A stretch of DNA of 63,762 nt, filler included, from Saprolegnia diclina VS20 (lineage: Eukaryota): the NCBI RefSeq assembly GCF_000281045.1. It is 10 parts of 8 records of this genome, joined end to end, with 100 filler letters (N's around TTAATTAATTAA, not from the genome) between each part and the next. Parts side by side here need not be neighbours in the genome. Positions count along the whole stretch, not along the records: positions 1 to 12,856 come from NW_008246280.1; 9 more parts are not named here. The stretch is one strand, 5' to 3'. Below, piece after piece: positions 1 to 11,577 of this stretch (positions are counted from its first letter, which is position 1; each line of letters opens with the position of its first letter). The translations under genes were made by a program, and so were the position numbers. The notes under the pieces were generated by a model. That model was not told the DNA's origin, ran no database searches, and worked only from the letters and a program-made list of their open reading frames with translations.

Positions 1-133
1 TCTAATAGCTGCCAGCCCATGCCTAGGCTTTGGTAATGACAGATCGACCCCTGAAAGCTTGCCACGATTGGTTGTTGGGTAATGCTTCCATTTTAGTTTA
101 GCAGGACTAGGGACGAGGAGTATGAATTGGACC

Positions 134-3100
134 TCACTGCATACGAGGACTCGCCTCCTTGTCGGGTTCAACCGAGGACGCACGCGACAGATGCGGCTTG
201 TCGTCGAACAAACTGTCCTCGGCGGTGGGAAAGGCCGTGCCGTAGTCGTCGTCGTCGTCCGTGTCGACCGCGGCCTCGTCGTCTCCGATGCAGATCTCGT
301 AGGCGTCGCTGACAGCGTCCATCTCGTACGTTCGGTCCTCCGTGTAGCTGGTCGGAGCTGCTTCGTCGTTGATTTCAGCAAACGAAGCACCGCCGGCAGT
401 TGCGCTGTTCTCGTAGTAGCCGTAGCTGCCGTACTGGGAGGCTTCGTAGCCAGCATACTGCGAGGCGTCGTACTGGGAGGCGCCGTAGCCAGCATACTGC
501 GAAGCGTCGTACTGGGAGACGTCGTAGCCAGTGTACTGCGAGGCGTCGTACTGCGAAGCGTCGTAGGCAGCGTCATCGACAGGATGCAATGCGTCGTACG
601 GCGCATCGTAGGGAGTAGGTTGTGTGGCGTCGTAGTCAGCTGGTTGCGAGTAGTCGTAGGCAGAGTACTGCGAGCCATCGTAGGCAGCGTATTGGGAGGC
701 ATCGTAGACCGACGTGTCGTAGGCAGCGTACTGGGAGGCTTCGTAACCCGCGTACTGGGAGGGATCGTACTGCGAGGCGTCATAGGCGGCTTCTTGGGAA
801 GCAGGGTCGAGTGCGTACTCGGAGGCTTCGTACCCAGTGTACTGCGAGGCGTCGTACGGAGCCGCGTCAGGGGCAGCAAAGGAAGCGAAATCGTAAGCGG
901 GGTCATGCGTAGCGTACTCGGAATAAGACATCTCATTTGCATACGCCGCAGCTTCTTCAAGCAACGGTGCAGTGATGGGTCCGTCGTTGGCGCCGATGCG
1001 AATGTCGTACTCGGTGGTGTCCTCCGCAGGTGCCAACGTCTCTGCGGCTTCGTGCTCTGTCGATGACGAGACATCGTGGTTCGCGCTAGCTTCCGGGGCG
1101 AGGGCCGAGACGTCGACATTCGTACAAGCCAGCAAAGGGTCGTCTTCTACCGCGCAGGCGTCCAGTGCCGTCGGCGCATGTGTCATCTCTGCTGCATTTT
1201 CGGTCGGACCCGAGACGCCAGGCCCCGAGGCGTTGGTTGCTTCGCTACCGCTTGTACAGTCCGCTTCCTTGGAGCTCGTCACAGCGCCGTCGTGCATTTC
1301 TGAGTGCAGAGCGAGGACGCTGCTGTGCTCTGCTGTCTCTTGCGCCGACTCGTCATCGACAGGAATTACGCTCGTTGAGTCCAGCACCACGAAACCACTT
1401 GCATCAGCATCAACCACAGCATTGGTTTGTGCGTTGGCTACTGCAACTTCGTCGGCCGTGTCGTCCGGAGACTTGCAGTATGGCTCGTCGTAGGCGAGGT
1501 ACATACTGTAGATGTCTGTGCTCTCGTCCATGAGCTCGTGAAGGCGAATGTAAGACGAGGACGCGGCTCGGGGTGCGCGTGTCGACGGCGCCGCGCGACG
1601 CAGAAGCTCTGCGCAGCCGCGTTGCCCCGCCGCTGTGGCCTCGTCAAGCGCTGTGTGCCAGTCTGTGTTGTGGAGTGACGTGTCGCAGCCGAGGTTGAGC
1701 AAGTGCTGCAAAATCTTTTGGTTGCCTACAACGTCGATGTCATTCTACTCGCTTCGCACAGCCAAACACACCGGCGATCGCGGCCCAGTGCAAGGGCGTA
1801 TCGCCTCTGGCGTCCCCAGCGTTCAAATTGGCCTTGCACGACCGCAGTAGACTCGCCTGTCCATATTAGTATCCAGTGGATACATCAAAGCCATACCATT
1901 TCGAGCCCATGGGAGGAGTCGGTCGCGTAGTGCATTGCGACGCGTCCAAAGTTGTCGCGGGCGTTGGGGTCTGCGCCGCCTTCAAGGAGGCACGCCGCCA
2001 GGGACGCATGTCCCGCCGCCACAGCCAGCTGCAGTGGCGTGCGCCCGTCGCCGTCGCGAACGTCGATAGACGCTGAGCTTTGGAGCACGACAGCGATCGA
2101 CGCGTGGCCGAGGAGCGCGGCCATGTGCAGCGGGAACATGCCCTCGTACGACGCCGTCGTGAGCGCGGGTCGATGGGCCAAGAACTCGACTGTAACGACT
2201 TGGTTCTTGGCGCATGCTCGGTGCAGCGCGTTGTAGCCCTTGTTGTCGACCGCTCGGATCGACGCACCGGCCTCGAGCAGCCGCGCGATGCCACGTATGT
2301 CCCCTACGCGCGTCGCTAAGCTGCATGCCATTGGTGCCCGGAGGGCTACCCGCCTCGGCTGCGCGCATGAGCGGCGTCACGCCGTCGTAGTCGCGCGCGT
2401 CCACGTCCGCCGACTGCTCGAGCAGAAAGTCGACCATGGCATCCCGCGCGTCATTGTCGTCCAAGCCGCGCGCTGGCGTCAGCACGAGGTGCAGCGGCGT
2501 CTCTCCAAGCGCCTACGACACATAGTATCAATCTTTCAACCGTAACTGTGGCAGCTACGTTGCGTTCGTTGACGTCCCGCCCGTCGAGCAGGCTCTGGAG
2601 TGTATCGTCGACGCTGAGAGTGACGGCGGTGTCGAGCACGGAGCGTGCGGGTGGCTTGGTTTTTCCTTGATTGAGGACCGAGAGGCTCTGCGACCGCTGC
2701 AGCTGCGCTTGCAAATTGAAGGTCGTCGGCAGCGCGAGCACAACCGTTCGCGGCGTCTCGCGGACAACGAGGTGGTTGGTGATGTCGAGGGCCGCCAAGT
2801 CGTGGTCGCGCTTGACGGCGTAGAGTCGCCGGAGGTACGTGGACGTGCCGTTGTTGAGCTCGAGGAGCCCTCGCTTTCGATGCAACACGCACGAGACCCA
2901 CGCCGACCCGCGGTAGAGCCAGAGCGCAAAGTACGTACTCGTGTCGCCGGCAAGAAGTTTGGCCGACGACCAAATCTTCTTGGCGATAAAGCGCCGCGCC
3001 GACCGCTGGAGCCGCCGCTGGCACCGGCGCCGGTACAGAATCGGTCGCAGCCATGTCTGAAGCCTTGAGGCACAAGCACACTCGAGGCGGTAGATGCATC

Positions 3101-6100
3101 GCACGTGATGACGCCTGAACGTCCGTTGAATGCGCTGCGCCGCTCGCCGCCGCCAGAAGCCCCGCCACGTGCGCGCGAGTACTCGCGCCGCCTGGCGCTG
3201 TCGCAACGCCGCCAGACGGCGCGTTCTCTCGGTGCGGCTTTGGTAAACGGCAGCCAGCCCCATGGTCGTCCACGAGACGACGCGGGCGCGGAGGTGCGCA
3301 CGCCGGCGTCGACGATGGTACATACGCCACGCTGCTTGCAACCGCATGCGCGCCGTCGCCTGCAGAGCACTGCGCACGAGAGCGTTCGCCGTGACTTCTT
3401 GTGCGACGTGGCAGCTGCACTCAATTTGCCGCGTCAACTTGGCGACGACACGCACCGCCTCGGCTTGTACCGCCATCGTGTCGACACCCTAACAAATCAG
3501 AGGTTCGAGCGACGCTAAGGACGTGGAAAACCTGCGAGAGCGACCGAGTGACAAACGATACGGCGGTGGTTCGTACGAGGCACCGACGTCGATGACGGCG
3601 CCAGGCTTCGCTAATGCTCGATGCCGCCCGCCACCGCCGCTGCGACGTCGCAAAGCGACAGACAGCCGCCGATACAACGCTCGCAGCTTTGTGACGCGAG
3701 GCGACCAGCCGGAGAGCGTCCATCGTACAGTGGTGCACGAGATGGGCGACCACTCGCCGCAAGTGTCGAATGTTGCGCCAGTAGCGGTACCACTTTTGGA
3801 GTCGGCGCGCGTGTTTGCCAAAGACGCAGGCGCACGCAGCCTTGACACTCACCGAGGCGGTTCGGTGTACGCTATACGTAATGACCGTCCTGCGCTCAAG
3901 CTCGACGAGCGACGCGATCGCACGCGTGGCGACGCTGGTGGCCGTGGCGGCCGTGAGGCGTCGCCACTGCAGAAGTGTCGACGCGCGTGAAAAGCTCGTT
4001 TGAAGCAGACGATGGGTGAGTGCGGCGGTCGTGCGCTTGGTGTACGACTGGACGACGCCGACATGAACGCTTTGGTCGGTCAACGCCAACGCCACGTCGC
4101 GTACAGTGCGCAAGAAAATAGCAGAGGGCGGTGCTACCGGTACTGACAGCGCTGGCTCGACGACCGGCGCGGTAGCTTGGAGCCCGCGCACGGTCGTCTC
4201 GACCAAAGACGTCACGAACGTTCTTGCAACGTGGCGCTGAGCGGCAGCTCGCATTTCGTCGGTGGCGGTCGCGATGCGTTGCACGGATGTCGACACAGCA
4301 CGCGTCACGAGGGCCGTCGCCAGCATGCAGCGGGTGGCCGCGCAGACACTGTCTTGCGCCATTTGAGACGCCACCGCCAAAAGGCAACGCCGCTGGGCTA
4401 TGGCCACCACAGACACTGATAGAGTCGAGTCAACCAGGGTCTTGGCAGTTGCATGCTGGGCCGCGATGCGACCTTGGAGCTCGGCCAGAAGGCAAGTCAC
4501 GTGCGCGCGGATGCGTTCGCTTGCTGCTGTCGCGTCTTCGCGGCCCATTTGCCGGCGCTCCGATTGTTGCAGCGACGCCGCCTCTGCCAACGCGTAGTGA
4601 CGCATCGCCAACAGCCGCGCTGCGTCTTCGACGATGTCGTCCAGGCACCGTGTTGTCTCGTGGAACGTCTCGACGTCCGCCGTCAAGGCTTCGAGGCAGC
4701 GCGTCACCTCTTGCTGCACTTCCACAGAGTGAACCGCGGCCTCAAGACACGAAGCGACCTCTCGCCGCGTTAATTCAGCTGCCAAAACGAAGCCCACGGC
4801 AGAGTCCAGCACCTCGTGCGAGCAGCGGCGACTCAGCGTCTGCGTGTCCTCGATCTGAGCAACTATCGACCGGACGACGGCCCGGCATTGCGATCTGCGA
4901 GCGTCGGTCCTTAAATATTGGTTGCGAGACAAGCAGCGCTGGAGGACGATCGCAGCCGCGTTTTGAAACCAGTCGTCGACGTGCGCCACAAGACGCTGGA
5001 GCACCAACGAACAAGCGCGCTCTTGTTGCCTCGTACGAACACAGCGCTGCAAAACGCGAGCCGCACACTGCCGGCGCAACGCCACCACATGGCGTTCGGT
5101 GGCAGCAGCCAACTTCCGCCACCGCTGTCGACACCAGCGTTGAAGGCACAGCACCGCAACGTCGGTAGCATGAGACAAAGTCTGCTCGACGATCGAGCGC
5201 AACACGTCGGTGCACGCTGCGGTCGTTTCCCGCCACCGACGAAGTCGACGCTGCAGAATCAACACACTGCGCTGCAGTCGCTGGTAGCGAGATCGGGCGG
5301 CTTGCTGCCGCCACAGCGTCTGCAGACGGACGGCGGCTACGTGCTGCTCCACGGCTTGGACTAGCATGTTAAGCGCCGCCTCGCACGTCGTCAGCTGCAA
5401 AACCTCGTTGCACGCTGCGGTCGTTTCCCGCCACCGACGAAGTCGACGCTGCAGAATCAACACACTGCGCTGCAGTCGCTGGTAGCGAGATCGAGCGGCT
5501 TGTTGCCGCCAAAGCGTCTGCAGACGGACGGCGGCCGCATGGCGCTCCACAGCATGAACTAGCATGTCAAGCGCCGCCTCACACGTGGTCCGCTGCAACG
5601 TGACCTCGCGCGCCGTGCGCAAGAACCGCGAGAGGCAATGGGCGACCAGGCGTCGTCGATGACGCCGCACGACGCGATATAGCTGGCGCGCGCAGTAGCC
5701 CCGGTACACCGTTTGAACACGCGTGGCCGCTGCATTCGCGCACGTGGCTTCGACCATTGTCGCAAGCACTCGTCTACATATCGTCCGGACAGAGAACAAG
5801 CGCAGTGACCGCTGGAGGGTTCGAGCGGCTGCATGCCGCCGCGTCCGCGCGGCCTCGGCGCGGCGCCGTCGAATGCAGTTTTGCCAGACGACTTGCACTT
5901 GCGCGGCGGCCGCGTCACGACGCTCAATCAGCAGCAGCAGCGCGCACAAGACATAGCTGCAGGCGCGTCGACGTGCTTGATTTCCTCTAAGCCAGCGCTG
6001 GATCCGTCGTGCAGCAGCGATGCACCGACACCGCCGTCGTCGGTCGCAGCGACGCGTCACCCGACGACGTCGCCACAGCAGCTGGAACCCGCGTGCCGCT

Positions 6101-8071
6101 CGTTCTTTGGCTTGTTGTCGAGACGAGTGCGCGCACCACAGACGCTGGAGGACGCTGACGCACCGACGTCGACGCTGCCACCACACATGGCGCTGGAGAC
6201 TCCGCTGCAGTGTCCGCGCTGCCCACGCCCGCCGACGTTGATCGTATCGGCGGTACGCGCGCTGCATACGCGCAGCGGCCGCGTTTTGCTGACAAACAAA
6301 AACCGAATGACGTCGCCACGACTGTTGTACGACCACCGCACTTCGCTGGCGTCGCGCGGCCCAGTCGCGGTGACGCCGGAACGTTCGTTGAATGCGCGAG
6401 CTAGCCAATGTGCGACGGCGTCGCGCTGCGGCACCGCGACGCCGGCACCGATATGCCCGCCACGCTCGTTGCAGTCGTCGGGCGGCCATGTCGCGACGGC
6501 TTTGCACAAGTTTTTGAACGTCCCTTCGGGCACGCGTCCCTCGCCAGAGTGCGGTTATGGTGGTCGCTGCAGCCTCTCTCTGTTCTCGTGCGAGCTCGCA
6601 GTAGTGATGCCAGCGTGTCATCGTGATCGTTTGCGAATTGCGCTCGCAACGTCGCCAGAGCCGTCGCCGTCGCTTGAGAAAACACACGGCGCGTCGCCAG
6701 AGGAGAAAGAAGCGCCGTCGCTGGCAGCGAGCCCGCAGCGGTCGCCCACGACTGAGTCGGCGCCACGCTTGGAAAAGCCGGCGCACGCGGCGCATCCGAT
6801 GCATGGCTGCTATGGTCCCTTTGGCACGCTCTCGCGTTCGCCACGCGTGCCAGGCTCGAAAACACCGCTGCGTCAGTGCACTCTCGTAGATTTGGACGGC
6901 GTCGTCTGCGCTCCACGCACCCGGCGACTCGAGACTCGGTGGGTCACGAGGCTTGACGACGGTGTGCGGCTCGTTTACGTGGCGAGCGACGTGCGGCTCG
7001 ATGACGGGGTCGTGCTCGGGTGCCAACGTCCACATGTTGGAATGCGCGCCAAAGTGCGATTTGAGGTCGGCTTGCATTGCGTCGCATAGCGACGCCACGG
7101 TGCCAAAGGTCGCGCCGTCGTCCTCGTCGGCACTTTGCAGCTCTTCACCGTCGCTCACAGCGTCGTCGTACGTCATATCTGGCTCACGTCGACCGTCGTC
7201 GTCGTCTTCGTCGTCGTCGCATGGCTCGGCCGCAACAAACTCAGGTTTCGGTCCAAGTTTCATACTTGGTTGCGCGCGGGCGGTGTCGAGCACGTCATCG
7301 TCTATGGATGTTGGCGGTGCCGCAGCCATCGCTGTCGAGAGCACAACGAGCGCATCGAGGAGCCGGTTCTCGTCGACCTCGTTGGTCGCTCGCAGGCGCT
7401 GCAGAAGCGCGTCGCGGTCGCGCGGCCGTCGAAAGACCACGTACGCTGCGAGCTCTGGTTGCGTGAGCGGGACAGCACACAGCAGGGGGTTGCACAGGAG
7501 GCTCTCGACGCCCAGCGCTTGCAGCAAGACAGGCGCGCCCTGCAGAAAGTTGGTGTCCGTGGCCATCTACAGCCAAGTCGGAAACAAAGCGCCGCTCGAT
7601 CGCGTACCTTGGTCAGGTACGGCGCGATTGACGGGCTGTGGTGCGCCACAATGTTCATTGTGTGTTGTCGAAGCCGCTGGCAGAGCTGGACGAGCTGAAT
7701 GAGTCGCGTCGGTGACGTGGCGAGGTGCGGGCGCGCGCAGAGTTTGGCCATACTCGCCAGAATGCCTTCGCGCACGACGACCTACGACGTCGCATTGGAG
7801 CTAAGGGCGCCCGTGTGAGCCGTACCTGGGCATCGAGAACCTCGGCGGGTCGTTGCTGGTGTTGCACCTCTTCTACGTGATGGGGCGGTGATGGCGCCAG
7901 CGGTTGCAACTGCCGTGGGCTCTTCGCCATTGCCGGCGCTGTCTTCGCCCGCTCATCTAGCACGGCGCGAACGCCGCGGTGCGACGACTGGGGGCGCGGG
8001 CGCTTCTTGGAGGCCGCCTTGTACGGTGACGCCGACGTCGTCGACGACCGCGGCTTGGCCGCCGCCGCCAA
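134..8071 (-). CDS. Giant multi-exon protein (~2,540 aa): many IQ-like calmodulin-binding motifs, ankyrin repeats, acidic linker and C-terminal Tyr-rich (YDASQY) repeat
   Basis: Listed ORFs 7655-8071, 7302-7775, 3421-7566, 2451-3476, 1982-2485, 1885-2331 and 134-1711, plus a short exon at 1772-1856, join in frame through seven GT-AG introns of 40-46 bp (7782-7825, 7567-7607, 3489-3531, 2513-2558, 2304-2349, 1857-1896, 1726-1771). IQ-like motifs: AATRVQTVYRGYCAR, AAQRIQRTFRRH, ITALWRGTRAR. Ankyrin motifs: GETPLHL, GVTPLMRAA, GYNALHRAC, GRTPLQLA, GDTPLHWAA. Confidence 0.8.
410..925 (-). repeat. Coding tandem repeat of Y-[DEG]-[AVGP]-S-Q-Y units
   Basis: 13 SQY-containing units in the translation; recurring DNA motif TACTG(G/C)GAGGC(G/T)TCGTA on the + strand. 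Confidence 0.9.
5211..5587 (-). repeat. Recent intragenic tandem duplication, 198-bp (66-aa) period
   Basis: TGCACGCTGCGGTCGTTTCCCGCCACCGACGAAGTCGACG... starts at 5211 and 5409. Peptide CEAALxMLVxAVExHxAAVRLQTLWRQQAARSRYQRLQRSVLILQRRLRRWRETTAAC occurs twice. Confidence 0.9.
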
Positions 8072-8712
8072 CTAGGACGCATGAGCCAGTGGCAAAGGAT
8101 CGAGACAGACATTGGCCTGTGGCCGCTCGCGCACTTCAAAGTGGCCATCATAGCTCACGACCTCGTAGAGCGGGACTAGACAAAGCTGTCGTCAGCGCCG
8201 TGATACGTCGGACAGGCCGAGGGCAACCCTGGGGGCGGAAGTAGCGGTGGCGGCTCCGCGGCGCAATGACTTCGACTTGCGCTTCGTACTCGTCGTCGTC
8301 GCCGGCCTACGCACAGCATAAGCAGTCGCCACCACCGCCATGCGACCTTCATGCCCCTGGTCTGCAACGGGTCTGCCAATGAAACCGGTAGATCCTGTGG
8401 CAATACATATACCAAAACGTATGCATTGCAAGAGGTTTCGGAACTGTACTTCCTACTGTAGCATGGTCCTTTCGGTGTTGGTCACTGCCCAGCAAACCAA
8501 AGTACTTCAGCGACCTCGATGAGTGAAACACCCCGCATCCTCGCGTTTGGCACAAACCAGGTCCGCTGCCGAGCCATGTTGCCCTTGTCCGGTTGATTGA
8601 GCAAACGGCGCCGCTGAGTCTGCAGTGCCCCTATCACTGCACATCCTGATTTTAGCTTGGAATTGACTTCATTTCCCCTCTTCGCCCATCGTCGTCGACT
8701 GGATACCGCGGG

Positions 8713-9150
8713 GATGAGTCATTCAGCCGAATGACTCATGCGCCAGCGCATGTCGCAGCCGCCGATCGAAGTACGCAAATAGTGTGAGGCTACTCGCCAC
8801 TGACTGGCAACTCTGCTGGCGCCAACATCGCCACGACAGCGCCTCGACGATCAGTCGCAGCCTCGGATTACTCGAGCCCTCACCGTTCGTCGAAGTGCGT
8901 GGGACATGCTCCACCAGCTGAGGAAGGCCTTCGAAGTCGCTCGCCGGCTGTCGCTGCCGATCCATTTCGACCGCGTCGTCAGTTGGGTCTGACCAAGGGA
9001 ATAACTAATTCCCTTGGGTCTGGCGATGGAATGGGACCCCGTCTTGCGACGAAGTCGATTTTCCTCATCGTCCGAAACTTCGTTGCGTTGGCTTTTTTGG
9101 CGCCGCTGGACACTCCGGATAATGATATCCGGCGATTCGAATGACTCATC
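8713..9150. promoter_or_regulatory. Three GAATGACTCAT (AP-1/GCN4-type bZIP consensus) motifs in the divergent intergenic region; two form a palindrome
   Basis: ATGAGTCATTC-AGCC-GAATGACTCAT at 8714-8739 and GAATGACTCATC at 9139-9150, upstream of nadB. Confidence 0.35.
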
Positions 9151-9331
9151 GCCTAAATAAGAACTCACTTTGCCTTTTTGCTCGTGTTGCGTCAAAGCTA
9201 CCTCCACACCGCCGCCAGCCTCGTCCGCGCCATTTTATGTCCGCGAAGAAGACTTGGACATTCAACAAGAAGTACCCCAACATCACCGCAGCCCACTAAG
9301 TCCATCTCGATCCCAACTACACGACAACTGA

Positions 9332-11035
9332 ATGACTACACCGCACATGACTTCCATCAACACCACGCCAGCCAAGAAGGCCGGCTTCGACTACCGCGTC
9401 CCGACGAGCTCGTACACGGATGCGTACGCCACCAACCTCCCGGTGCGCCGCGTCCAGGCGCTCGTCGTCGGCTGCGGTGTCGCCGGCAGTGCGACGGCGC
9501 TCCGCCTCGCGTCCGAAGGCGTCCGCGTCACGATGCTCGGCGCTGCCATCGACCCGGCAAACTGCAACAGCTACTGGGCCCAGGGCGGCATCATCTACAA
9601 GTCCACCGACGACTCGCCCGAGCTCCTCTCGTCCGACATCCACCGCGCCGGTGCCGGCGTGTGCCATGACCCGGCCGTGCGCAAGGTCGCAACCGAGGGT
9701 CCGCGCTGCGTCGAGGACCTGCTCCTGGACGTGTCCAAGGTGCCGTTCGAGCGCGACAGCAACGGCAACCTGGCGCTGACGCTCGAGGCGTCGCACAACC
9801 GCGCCCGCATCCTCTTCAAGGCCGACCACACGGGCAAGGCCATCACCACCAGCATGCAGGCCGCCGTCATGGCGCACCCCAACATTGAGCTGCTCACGGG
9901 CCGCGTGGTCTTTGACCTCGCGCTCAACGACGCTGGCGACTGCGTCGGCGCCGTCCTCATCAACACGTCGACGAACGATATGGAGGTGCTGCACGCGGAC
10001 ATGACGCTGCTCGGCACGGGTGGTCTCGGTGACATTTACCGCAACACGTCCAACCCGGAAGGCGCGCGCGGCGAGGGCGTGGCCGTGGCGGCCCGCGCGG
10101 GCGCCAACCTCAAGAACATGCAGTACGTGCAGTTCCACCCGACGACGCTGTACATTCCTGGTGAGCGCCGCTTCCTCTTGACCGAGGCGCTGCGGGGCGA
10201 AGGCGCCAAGCTGCGCACGAAAGCCGGGCGCTTCTTTGCGACCGACTACCACCCGAGCGGCGAACTCGCGCCGCGCGATGTGGTCGCACGCATGATTCTG
10301 AGCGAGATGGACAAGACGGGTGACGACTGCATGTACCTCGACATCTCGCACCTCGACAGCGACTGGCTCAAGAGCCGGTTCCCGACCATCTATGCGCACT
10401 GCCTCGCACGCGGCATCGACCTCACGAAGGAGCCGATGCCGGTGGTGCCGGCCGCCCACTACCACTGCGGCGGCATCAAGGTCGACCTCGCCGGCCGGAC
10501 GAGCGTGCCGCGGCTGTACGCGGCGGGCGAAGTAAGCTGCACGGGTATGCACGGCGCCAACCGCCTCGCGTCGACGTCGCTGCTCGAAGCGCTCGTGTGG
10601 GGCTGCGCTGTCGCGTCCGACTACTTGGCTTCGGACAAGTCGGCGTCGGTCAATACCGAGTCGGTGCGCATCCCGGCGCTGTCGGTGTCGGCGACGACGA
10701 TGGCGTCGACCAAGGACGTGCAGTCGGTGCTCAGTGAGCTGCAAGCCGTCATGTGGGACCACGTCGGCGCGACGCGGACCACGGACGGGATGCGCGTCGG
10801 CGTCAAGAAGCTGCAGGCGCTCGAGGCGTCCATCGACCGCCTTTGTGGAGATGTCTGCCTCGATGCGACGCTGGTCGGTGTGCGTAACGCGGTCAAGACA
10901 GGCAAGTACATTGCCGAAGCGGCGCTCGCGGCGCCCATCTCGGTCGGCACCCACCACATTGTGAGCGACGACCCGGTCAGCGACAGCAACAGCGAACACG
11001 ATGGGGACTCGGACTCAGTCAAGTTCTTCGACTAA
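9332..11035 (+). CDS. nadB: L-aspartate oxidase (de novo NAD biosynthesis), intronless
   Basis: FAD-binding GCGVAG, plus NSYWAQGGI, QFHPT, TEALRGEG, ELAPRDVV, PAAHYHCGGI and GEVSCTGMHGANRLASTSLLE, all characteristic of NadB. Start could be 9332 or 9347. Confidence 0.95.
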   Translation: MTTPHMTSINTTPAKKAGFDYRVPTSSYTDAYATNLPVRRVQALVVGCGVAGSATALRLASEGVRVTMLGAAIDPANCNSYWAQGGIIYKSTDDSPELLSSDIHRAGAGVCHDPAVRKVATEGPRCVEDLLLDVSKVPFERDSNGNLALTLEASHNRARILFKADHTGKAITTSMQAAVMAHPNIELLTGRVVFDLALNDAGDCVGAVLINTSTNDMEVLHADMTLLGTGGLGDIYRNTSNPEGARGEGVAVAARAGANLKNMQYVQFHPTTLYIPGERRFLLTEALRGEGAKLRTKAGRFFATDYHPSGELAPRDVVARMILSEMDKTGDDCMYLDISHLDSDWLKSRFPTIYAHCLARGIDLTKEPMPVVPAAHYHCGGIKVDLAGRTSVPRLYAAGEVSCTGMHGANRLASTSLLEALVWGCAVASDYLASDKSASVNTESVRIPALSVSATTMASTKDVQSVLSELQAVMWDHVGATRTTDGMRVGVKKLQALEASIDRLCGDVCLDATLVGVRNAVKTGKYIAEAALAAPISVGTHHIVSDDPVSDSNSEHDGDSDSVKFFD

Positions 11036-11127
11036 GCGCAAGCCAAGGACATTGCTGCCTTCCATAACATGTACTTTGAAACAAGCTATGTATTTTCTTA
11101 TTCCACTTCTTACCGTTTTGACTCGCG

Positions 11128-11577
11128 GGCCTTGACAACATCCATCGCCGGCAGCTGCGTTGTCTGCTCGGCATCTTCCACTCGAAAACGCTTGGCGACG
11201 TCGCGCTCCACAAACGCTGCAACAGCAAACCGTTGAGTACGATCGTCGCCCGCCAGCGTTGGCGCCTTCTAGGCCACGTGCTGCGGCTGGGTCGCGAGTC
11301 GCGGACCGCAGCCACGTTTTTTAGGGCGCACCAACATCACGCTGCCGATCATCTTGCACCGCGACCTCCAGTCGCTGACGCCGCCTCAGTCGCTGGCGTC
11401 TTCCGAGGGCTTGACAAACTGCGTAGCTTTGCCGCCGACCGCAACGCCTGGAAAGATTGTACCGACCTTGTCGTCCAGTGCCTCACCCGCGGCCACAAGC
11501 GTCGTAGGGCGACGACAGAAGAGCCGGACGAGTCCCCGTGCCGCCGCCTGCGCAGCCACGACCCGGCGAGTGAATGA
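11128..11577 (+). mobile_element. 5'-truncated non-LTR retrotransposon (RTE/L2-like) relic, region C-terminal of the RT
   Basis: In-frame peptide LDNIHRRQLRCLLGI...LHKRCNSKPLSTIVARQRWRLLGHVLR matches the typical post-RT thumb region (RRxLRxILGI...RRWRxLGHVLR). No RT core present. Confidence 0.7.

Noticed and set aside
122..1066. 314-aa Val/Gly-rich plus-strand ORF with a repeat
   Set aside because: Antisense shadow of the YDASQY repeat.
8176..9207. Short minus-strand ORFs upstream of the IQ gene
   Set aside because: Weak codon bias, no motif and no convincing splice link.
9317..10999. Long antisense ORFs (also 15861-17201, 24659-25438, 27931-28689, 50512-51996)
   Set aside because: Expected shadows of high-GC3 coding genes; no recognisable motifs.
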